A stretch of DNA of 64,000 nt, from positions 132,681 to 196,680 of the forward strand of contig CAWJSR010000006.1 in assembly GCA_963845515.1 (NCBI GenBank), given 5' to 3'. Below, piece by piece: positions 53,001 to 60,219 of this stretch. Position numbers and translations under genes: made by a program. How positions within the stretch are numbered: position 1 is the first letter of the stretch; each line of letters begins with the position of its first letter. Below the pieces are notes generated by a model, which was not told where the DNA came from, did not search any database, and was given only the letters and a program-made list of their open reading frames with translations. Source of the stretch: an uncultured delta proteobacterium. GTDB taxonomy: Bacteria > Myxococcota > Myxococcia > Myxococcales > Anaeromyxobacteraceae.

Positions 53001-53195
53001 GTGATGGACCCGAGGACGAGCACGCCGCTCACGTGCCTCTCCTGCCACGATCCTCACGGCGCGCAGTGGAGCTCGCTGCTCCTCGACAACCCCTCGCAGG
53101 CGCTCTGCATCCGCTGCCACGACCCGAGCGGGACGATGGGCGGCAAGCGGATGAAGCCAAGATCCTCGCCCGCGGGGCGGCCGGGGAAGCCGTGA
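50010..53195 (+). CDS. 42-heme paired-CXXCH cytochrome c lipoprotein
   Basis: lipobox GAVGC; 42 CXXCH counted, mostly as H-x-P...CxxCHxPH...LL...CxxCH doublets. Confidence 0.93.
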   Translation: MRSDDERGSLLRVRWLAATLVVAVAVLGAVGCAPTNRRGIGRSCRDCHQKVRDQLDRKHVHAPFAQEAGCEECHKRHGIVGALVLKDTEQKVCLACHADVAKRLEQPVVHAGLKDGKCTKCHEPHASEFENLLKQAGTAACFACHARAPFEQKVVHGPVAKGCRGCHEPHASAERHLLTAPRQPLCAGCHGDAPALAKAHSGYPVAGTDCGGCHGPHSWEAKDGLRRSDHPVAADCSGCHAPPTSQRPFATAKKVPELCFECHPDAKEALARPVKHEVAGDCATCHSPHATEVAPLLKEGQRSLCGGCHDLEKKLTAKSSHAPAAEGKCSACHQPHGSANAKLVAESADALCFRCHAKQRDAWAAARVTHVPVKEGMCSSCHDPHGSAQPKLLVKPEREACLACHDAKLFDGVHVHAPVLEGRCTGCHDPHASGSAKLLRKVGGELCATCHAQVTRAAPGRKLHGPTARGACATCHRPHASEEPSLLAKDQSTLCGSCHAGIAEQQKKPKAHQPFRGGSCTSCHDPHGSKNKRFVKNDVKLLCLDCHEKLRDRLEGKGASVHQPVASGECLTCHSGHGSDNAALLSMAPGTLCLGCHDVKAEPIAAKHRGLLPRGAACTGCHDPHVSTRKGLVRAVGHPPFINEDCGACHQAAGKGISATLVAKGRKLCDTCHSDGEKKFDAKYQHTPVKEGDCASCHDPHAGANEKLLVKPAALLCAACHDVVGKKKSVHTPVREGACVKCHSPHSSPEKNGLSRSGNALCLSCHEDVKKRLQAKVVHAAVSGGDCTDCHSPHASDHVPQLVDAPRALCERCHALAGAALRKAHLGFPLAKADCVSCHDPHGSPEKGMIRAAPHKVFRSCEKCHKTGGASPGELAAKGTQLCFRCHSEKRAALQKPGAHEGAKGDCLTCHTPHASNERGLSAGPERSVCLQCHDTIQHLLATSRTVHPTKVQKGKCTICHEPHQTAIPHLLAKPALELCRTCHGAHAQFGHPVGSNVMDPRTSTPLTCLSCHDPHGAQWSSLLLDNPSQALCIRCHDPSGTMGGKRMKPRSSPAGRPGKP

Positions 53196-54151
53196 GCCGG
53201 TGCGCGGCGCTGCTCCTCGCGGCCGCGCTCGCAGGGCGTGGCTCCGCGCAGGACACGCTCGCGCACGAGCGGGGGGCGCAGAGCGTGACCGAGGTCCGGC
53301 CGGAGCTGGTGATCTGGGGCGGCTATTACAGCGGCGCCTTCGCCGGGGTCGCAGGCGTCCACTGCGATCGGCTCACCGGCGAGATCCTGGTGGCGGACCC
53401 GGTGGCGAACTCGATCGAGATCTTCGACGAGCGGGGGGCGCCGATCTTCGCCTTCACCGACGCCGCGCACCTCCACGGCCCAACCCGCCTGGCGGTCGAC
53501 GCGCGGGGGCGGATCCACGTCCTCGACGGCGACCGGGACAGGATCAAGGTCTTCAACTACCGCGGCGACTTCGAGGGGGAGCTGGAGCTCACCGGCTTCG
53601 ACGTGCCGGGCGGGCCCGTCTTCACCGCGATCGCCTTCGACGTCAACGGAGACCTGTACGTCGGAGAGTCGCGCAGCGGCCAGGTCGTGGCGTTCGGCCG
53701 CACGCTGAGGCCCAAGCTCCGGATCGGGACCCTGGGTGATGGGCCCGGGCAGCTCGACGGCATCGTCGGGATCGCCCTCGACGCGAAGAACGTCTACGTG
53801 GCCTCCCAGGACGGGATCGCGATCCACGTCTTCACGCGCCAGGGGAAGCTGCTGCGCGCGTGGGGTTACCACGACGTGGGGCTCCACAACGTCTCGCTCC
53901 CCGCCGGGATCGCGGTCGACGAGAAGGGGCGCGTCGTCCTGCTCGACACGCTCCGGCAGGAGATCAAGTACTTCGAGCCGGACGGCCGGCTGATCGGTCT
54001 CTTCGGCGGGATCGGCAGGCAGCCGGGCGCGGTCGCCTACCCCACGGACCTCTCGCTCGATCGGAGCGGGCGGCTCTGCGTTGCCGACGGTGGGAACAAG
54101 CGCGCGCAGGTGCTCGTCCCAATCGAAGCTGCGACGGATCGCGCACGCTGA
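53192..54151 (+). CDS. NHL-repeat beta-propeller
   Basis: repeated P.GIAVD..G.(I/L)YV.D....I.VF units; signal peptide; GTGA overlap. Confidence 0.88.
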   Translation: MSRCAALLLAAALAGRGSAQDTLAHERGAQSVTEVRPELVIWGGYYSGAFAGVAGVHCDRLTGEILVADPVANSIEIFDERGAPIFAFTDAAHLHGPTRLAVDARGRIHVLDGDRDRIKVFNYRGDFEGELELTGFDVPGGPVFTAIAFDVNGDLYVGESRSGQVVAFGRTLRPKLRIGTLGDGPGQLDGIVGIALDAKNVYVASQDGIAIHVFTRQGKLLRAWGYHDVGLHNVSLPAGIAVDEKGRVVLLDTLRQEIKYFEPDGRLIGLFGGIGRQPGAVAYPTDLSLDRSGRLCVADGGNKRAQVLVPIEAATDRAR

Positions 54152-54220
54152 CTGCCAGGAATCATCTGCCGCAGACCCGCACGGAATGTATGCCCGTACG
54201 GAGCGTGTGAAGGCACGCAA

Positions 54221-54252
54221 GAGGTGGGTGGCTTCGCCCACGCACCCACCTC
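54221..54252. other. 10-bp perfect inverted repeat upstream of the omcS-like gene
   Basis: gaggtgggtg-N12-cacccacctc. Confidence 0.6.
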
Positions 54253-54291
54253 ACCAAAGCGGCAACCATGCGGACACTCACGATCAGCGAC

Positions 54292-54307
54292 GGGCATGGC
54301 AAGTGCT
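54292..54307 (+). promoter_or_regulatory. possible sigma-54 promoter
   Basis: GGGCATGGCAAGTGCT fits GG-N10-GC but departs from TGGCAC/TTGC. Confidence 0.35.
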
Positions 54308-54393
54308 TAGCCCTCCTTGCCGCCAACCCATAGAGGAAGACGACGGCGGGGCACTCCATTCCGGGGCGCCCGATGTGCGGGGAGGGTGTCCAT

Positions 54394-55500
54394 ATGAAGA
54401 AGCTTCTGGTCGCGATCGCCACGCTCGCGTGTGCCGGAAACACCTATGCCGGTGATTTCCATGTGTCGTCGACGCTCAGGTGCAGCCAGTGCCACACCAT
54501 GCACGCCAGCCGGCAGCACCAGCTCAACGCCGCGGGCGAGGACCTCGACTTCCCTCTGGCCGCGCAGGGGAACCCCCAGCGCAACCTGCTGATCCAGGAC
54601 GGGACCAACGCGACCTGCCTCGCGTGCCATGACAACGCCGCCGCGTACCCCGACGTGCTCGGCGCGAACACCGGCTCCGTCGACGTGAACCTCCGGTCTG
54701 CCGGGGCGCTGAACGGGAGCATCGGGACCAACGACCCGCTCGTCTTCGCGGACTTCATGGGCCACACGCTCGGCAGCGCCGACGCGCCTCCCGGCTGGAT
54801 CGGCATCTACGAGCCGAGCCCCCAGGAGAACTTCAACTGCGCCAACTGTCACGCGGTCCACGGGTCGGCGGCGTACCGCAACCTCGGCCTCTCGCCGTAC
54901 ATGGGGACGCCGAACCACGCGCACGACGCGACCAACCCGTTCGCCTCGGCCGGCCCGACCTACAACGCCCAGGACCTGACGACGGGGCTTCGCGCGACGA
55001 CGGTCAACAACGGCACGCTCGACGTGGTCATCGGCACGGACGCCCGCAACTACGCGACCACCGCGGTCACCTTCGGCATCGGCAGCAGCAACACGACGGC
55101 GACGAACGGCATGAACGCCTACTGCGCAGTCTGCCACGGCAACTTCCACGGTGACGCCAACACCCGCGACCTCATCGGCGGCGTCGACTTCGTCCGCCAC
55201 CCGACGTCCGGCGTGCAGCGGGCCGACACGACGCTCCTCTACCAGAACGACACCAGCCATCCCGGCATGGTCGACCAGACCGCGCTCGTCCGCCCGGCGT
55301 GGGTGACCGGCCCCAACGGCGCCTTCGAGGCCGCCTGCCTCACCTGCCACAAGGGGCACGGCAACGCCCGCGGCTACGCGCTCCTCTACCCCGAGCACAC
55401 CGCCGCGCCCGCCGACTTCGAGAACGGCGACGCCCTCGCCGTCTCCGGCGAGTACCCGATCCGGAACCTCTGCATCACCTGCCACCCGATGGGCCGGTAG
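54394..55500 (+). CDS. OmcS-like hexaheme cytochrome (candidate nanowire subunit)
   Basis: signal peptide; FH-x6-CSQCHTMH, CLACH, GH, CANCHAVHG..YRNL, MNAYCAVCH, RHP, CLTCHKGHG, LCITCH. Confidence 0.88.
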   Translation: MKKLLVAIATLACAGNTYAGDFHVSSTLRCSQCHTMHASRQHQLNAAGEDLDFPLAAQGNPQRNLLIQDGTNATCLACHDNAAAYPDVLGANTGSVDVNLRSAGALNGSIGTNDPLVFADFMGHTLGSADAPPGWIGIYEPSPQENFNCANCHAVHGSAAYRNLGLSPYMGTPNHAHDATNPFASAGPTYNAQDLTTGLRATTVNNGTLDVVIGTDARNYATTAVTFGIGSSNTTATNGMNAYCAVCHGNFHGDANTRDLIGGVDFVRHPTSGVQRADTTLLYQNDTSHPGMVDQTALVRPAWVTGPNGAFEAACLTCHKGHGNARGYALLYPEHTAAPADFENGDALAVSGEYPIRNLCITCHPMGR

Positions 55501-55514
55501 TCCCTGGAGGGGCC

Positions 55515-57437
55515 ATGAACCACACACGATATAAGCTGACCCTCGCGGTCATCGGGCTGCTTGCAGCAGGGCCCGCGCTGGCCGCGACCCTGTCGGTCTA
55601 CGCGAAGATGGGCGGTGGCGTCCCCACCGGCGCCGCCGCCTACGCCATCGGCCGGGTCGCTCCCGCTTCCGGCTCTGCCGCAACCACCATCAACTGCGCG
55701 ACGAACGCCGTCGCCAACTGCATCGACAGCGCGGTCGCCACCTCGGCGGTCGTCCTGCTCGAGCCGACGCTCGTCGCCGACGCGCAGTTCGTCAACTGGT
55801 CGGGCTGCACGTCAGTGGCCGGCAACGTCTGCACCGTCTCCATGACGAGCAACAAGACCGTCACCGCCAACTTCAAGCCGGCCATGTTCCAGCTCGGCGT
55901 GAAGACCTACCCCGTGCTGCCCAGCCCCTCACTCTACGGCGGCGTCCTCACGGCGCCGACGGAGGCGGTCAGGAACGCTGGTGGGCCCGTCGTGGCTGCT
56001 GCGCTCGACTGCAGGTCCGGTAGCACGACCAACACGGTCTGCTCCGGCTTCGTCCCGAACGGCACGCCCATCGTCGTCACGGCCGTCCCGATCGCCGGCT
56101 CCAAGGTCACCACCTGGACGGGCTGCTCCACGTCCACCGCGACGACCTGCACGATCGCGTCGATGCTGGGGCCGAAGTCGGTCTCCGCGTCCTTCGGTCC
56201 GGCCGCCATCCCGCTCACTGCCCAGGTCCAGGGTGCCGGCAAGATCACGACGCCGACCACCTCCCTGAACCCGATCAACTGTGACCCGTCACTCGCGACG
56301 CCCGACTGCGCCGGTGCGGTCGCCTCGGGCGGCAACGTCACGTTCACGGCCACCCCGGTCTCCGGGTACACGTTCATGGGTTGGACGGGCGCGTGCACCG
56401 GCACGGCCACGACCTGCGCGTTCACCGGCGTCACGTCGGCCAAGACGGTCACGGCGACCTTCAAGTCGTCGTCGTGCACCTCCTGCCACGGCAGCCCGCC
56501 CTCGACCCACACCGGGACGCTGGCCGCCAACTGCGCCAACTGCCACACGGGCTACACCGCCAGCACGGTCACGGCCGCCACCCACATGGACGGCATTGCC
56601 CAGGCGCCCACGTGGAACCGCACGGAGCCCACCGCCAACTTCGGGTTCAACATCGAGATCCTCGCGGCCACCCGCGGCGACGCTGCGGCGGTTCCGGCCG
56701 TGTACCCGACGGTCGACCTGAGGGCGACCGACGCCTCGGGCGCGGTCATCGATCTGGTCGCGGCCATCGCGGCCGGGGAGTTCGTCTCTCCTTCCGGGTC
56801 GAGCGGCATTCCCAGGATCATGTTCGGTGAGATCCAGCCAGACGGCTCGTTCCTGTCGAAGTTGGGAACCACGTCGATGTCCACCAGCGACACGATGGCG
56901 ACCACGCGGCTCGTCGACCTCGGCGGCGGCGTCTACCGCTACACGCTCGGCACGCTCCTCGGCCGGACGCCCCAGGTCGGGACGCGCAGCTACCGCGTCG
57001 CCACCTACGGCGCCCGGTTCTTCAAGCGCGCTGACGCGTCGTACATCCAGTTCCCCAACTACGACTGGTATGACTTCGTCCCCGATGGTGTCGCTCCGAC
57101 GACGACCCCGAAGATGACGGTCGCCGACGCGGCCTGCGACAAGTGCCATGGTGGGCTGCAGATGCACGGCCGCCGCCGCGGCGTGCAGATCTGCCTCACC
57201 TGCCACAACATCAACATGCCGCTCGGCACGGGGAACTCGGACGGGTTCAAGTGGGACCTCAAGAACCTGGCCCACAAGCTCCACTCCGGCATGAACTACG
57301 TCGCCGGCACGCGGCCAGACGGCGCGACCGCCAGGGAACTCGGACGGGTTCAAGTGGGACCTCAAGAACCTGGCCCACAAGCTCCACTCCGGCATGAACT
57401 ACGTCGCCGGCACGCGGCCAGACGGCGCGACCGCCAG
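55515..57437 (+). CDS. secreted cytochrome with InlB-B-like repeats and an OmcA/MtrC-like heme domain; truncated
   Basis: signal peptide; three F..W.GC...C......K.V.A.F repeats; CTSCH, CANCH, CDKCH..H...CLTCHN...AHKLH; ends at the duplication and junction. Confidence 0.75.
57231..57436 (+). repeat. exact 103-bp tandem duplication
   Basis: 57231-57333 equals 57334-57436 (gggaactcgg...gaccgcca). Confidence 0.92.
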
Positions 57438-57439
57438 CG

Positions 57440-57470
57440 GCTGGGGCACTCCGCGGGCCGGTCCCTCGGT
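57440..57470. other. compositional junction, probable assembly chimera
   Basis: abrupt fall in GC and change of codon style; genes on both sides are broken here. Confidence 0.85.
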
Positions 57471-58555
57471 GACCCGGGCGTCTGCAAGCGAGAGGGGCGG
57501 TGGCTGAATGTCATCGTTGATGATGGTGCCGGTCGCAACACCGTCAGCTATAACGCAGGGGTTCGGGCCGTCTCCGGTGACGGTTAAGGTCATCGTCTCA
57601 TCGGGTTCGAACACCGCGTCCCGGGTTATGCCGAACGTCCGGTGAAGGGTCACATCATCGGTGTCGAAGACCGCCGTAACATCGAACATCCGGGTCGTGA
57701 AATCGGCATCATCCGTATCGACATGGGTCAGGTACCGCCCGGAACCCGCATTCGGTCGGCTGGGGGGCACTCGTTGAAAGGTCGAAACTGATTGCGGTAC
57801 TCCCCGGGCCGGTGCCCTCGGTGACCCGGGCGTCTGCAAGCGAGAGGGGCGGTGGCTCGATGTCGTCGTTGACAATGGTGCCGGTCGCAACACCGTCAGC
57901 TATAACGCAGGGGTTCGGGCCGTCTCCGGTGACGGTTAAGGTCATCGTCTCATCGGGTTCGAACACCGCGTCCCGGGTTATGCCGAACGTCCGGTGAAGG
58001 GTCACATCATCGGTGTCGAAGACCGCCGTAACATCGAACATCCGGGTCGTGAAATCGGCATCATCTGTATCGACATGGGTCAGTACCGCCCGGAACCCGC
58101 ATTCGGTCGGCTGAGGGGCACTCGTTGAAAGGTCGAAACTGATTGCGGTACTCCCCGGGCCGGTGCCCTCGGTGACCCGGGCGTCTGCAAGCGAGAGAGG
58201 TGGTGGCTCGATGTCGTCGTTGACGATGGTGCCGGTCGCAACACCGTCAGCTATAACGCAGGGGTTCGGGCCGTCTCCGGTGACGGTTAAGGTCATCGTC
58301 TCATCGGGTTCGAATACCGCGTCCCGGGTTATGCCGAACGTCCGGTGAAGGGTCACATCATCGGTGTCGAAGACCGCTGTGACATCGAACATCCGGGTCG
58401 TGAAGTCGGCATCATCTGTATCGACATGGGTGAGTACTGCCCGGAACCCGCATTCGGTCGGCTGAGGGGCACTCGTTGAAAGGTCGAAACTGATTGCGGT
58501 ACTCCCCGGGCCGGTGCCCTCGGTGACCCGGGCGTCTGCAAGCGAGAGGGGCGGG
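57450..58555 (-). repeat. 351-bp near-identical coding tandem repeats (3 full units plus start of a 4th)
   Basis: equivalent positions at 57812, 58163 and 58514. Confidence 0.9.
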
Positions 58556-58641
58556 GCTGGATCGGCATTCACAGGCAGAACCAGTGCAACGATTGCAACG
58601 ATTGCAATTGTTGCATATACCAACAGAATACGGCTGTCCAT
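57450..58641 (-). CDS. secreted/surface protein with tandem Calx-beta-like repeats; frameshift ~57,730-57,770; truncated
   Basis: hydrophobic signal; LSLADARVTEG...DAVFEPDETMTLTV...ATGTIVNDD 117-aa units. Confidence 0.8.
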
Positions 58642-59221
58642 GTTTTCTCCACAATATTTTCTTTATTCAGGCACGCTGATGCACGACAACGATGCGTGCG
58701 AGAAATTCATGTGCAACTGTTTTTTTGGTTAAAATAATTTTATGCAATGCACCGTTGCATTGCCAATTATGTTCTTTAAAAAAATTTCTGATCAACCAGC
58801 GGTGAGCGGGTTGGGTTTCCAGTCGCCCGTGCAGAGGCAGTGCAGGAACAAGGATAGTGGTACTTCCGGAAATTTTTAAAGGGAATTTCTGCATTGCTCG
58901 ATACACCCCGCCGCCAGCAGCCCTGCCACCATAGCGAGGACCAGGGCAACCGCTGTATAGACAGGCCACCTCCAGCTATCAGGATCAAGCGGGCGTGTGG
59001 TCATGTGAGAGAAAATTCTGTGCGGTGACGGAAAGAGATTGTGAAATATTTTTTTTTCAGGAAAAATTTTGCGCATACGAAAATTATACGGGCCTTTTTT
59101 CCAGCCGGGTACTCCGGATTTTTCCAAAAAAAAGTAAAAAAAATTTTCCCGGGCATAAAAAATTTGGCAGAAAATATTTCATACAAATCACAGAATATCC
59201 TTACCCATTTTCTCCGACGGT

Positions 59222-59762
59222 ATCCCAAAACCGCCCTTCCTTTCATTCCGGCAGGTTATAGCCTGTGTCCAGAAAACAGCCCAACAGAAGCCCGCTATTT
59301 TGACAGGTCAAATCCCGTTTTAAATGCGTTTTTCGAAAAAATACGTCAATATATCATTATTTTTTCCAGGCGTTGACATCTCAGCCTCCTGCCCGGAGAT
59401 CGAGATCCCCGGTTTGCCAATCGGAGCCCGTAAAAGGGCCGGAGTGGTACCTGCTTTTCAGGGCATGCCAGGATACGATGGTACTCCGACGTGATCCCAA
59501 AACCGCCATTCCTTTCATTCCGGCAGGTTATAGCCTGTGTCCAGAAAACAGCCCAACAGAAGCCCGCTATTTTGACAGGTCAAATCCCGTTTTAAATGCA
59601 TTTTTCGAAAAAATACGTAAATATATCACGATTTTTTCCGGGCGTTGACATCTCAGCCTCCTGCCCGGAGATCGTGGTCCCCGGATTGGCAATCGGGGCC
59701 CGTAAAAGGCCCGGAATGGTCCTGCTTTTCCGGGCATGTCAGGATACGACGGTACACCGTCA
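59222..59762. repeat. two diverged ~272-bp non-coding direct repeats
   Basis: atcccaaaaccgcc... starts at 59222 and 59494; long identical core, scattered differences in the 3' half. Confidence 0.88.
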
Positions 59763-60219
59763 TCAATCCCGGACGGATCCCCAACCCGTCAACGGATCGG
59801 ATATCCCTCTGAAGTTAAAGAAGCCTGACGATTTCTTCTCCTCTTCCCGGTCTGATGACCTGTCAGACAGGTCAGCTGATCCGGCCGGGCCAGATACCTG
59901 TGACGGGTCAGATGAAGAGGCCGGGATTTGCACAATATAAGAGGGGCCCGGGAGGCATTCCCCGCTGGTACATCGTCGGGAAAAAGGGGTCCGGGAACCG
60001 GAGCCGGAACTCTCGAATTCTCTAAAAAAAATCCTCCCCCGTTTTTCCGGAAATACTACAGAAAAGTCTGAATTTTTTTTATTTTTCTAAAAACCTGCTG
60101 CAGATGTAGTGATTCAACCGCGGATTTTCCGGAATTTTTTCACCGGCCCGGGAAAAATATTCCCACAAAATATCCGGCCAGGTCCCGGTCAGGGCCTCTA
60201 CCAGCCTCAAACAGATCCT

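Noticed and set aside
54152..54393. GEMM-I (c-di-GMP/cGAMP) riboswitch before the omcS-like gene
   Set aside because: The expected P1/P2 stems with GNRA tetraloop and receptor were not recognisable by eye.
59222..59762. Direct repeats as CRISPR array or replication origin
   Set aside because: Only two long units, no repeat-spacer pattern, no convincing ORB consensus and no adjacent orc1/cdc6.
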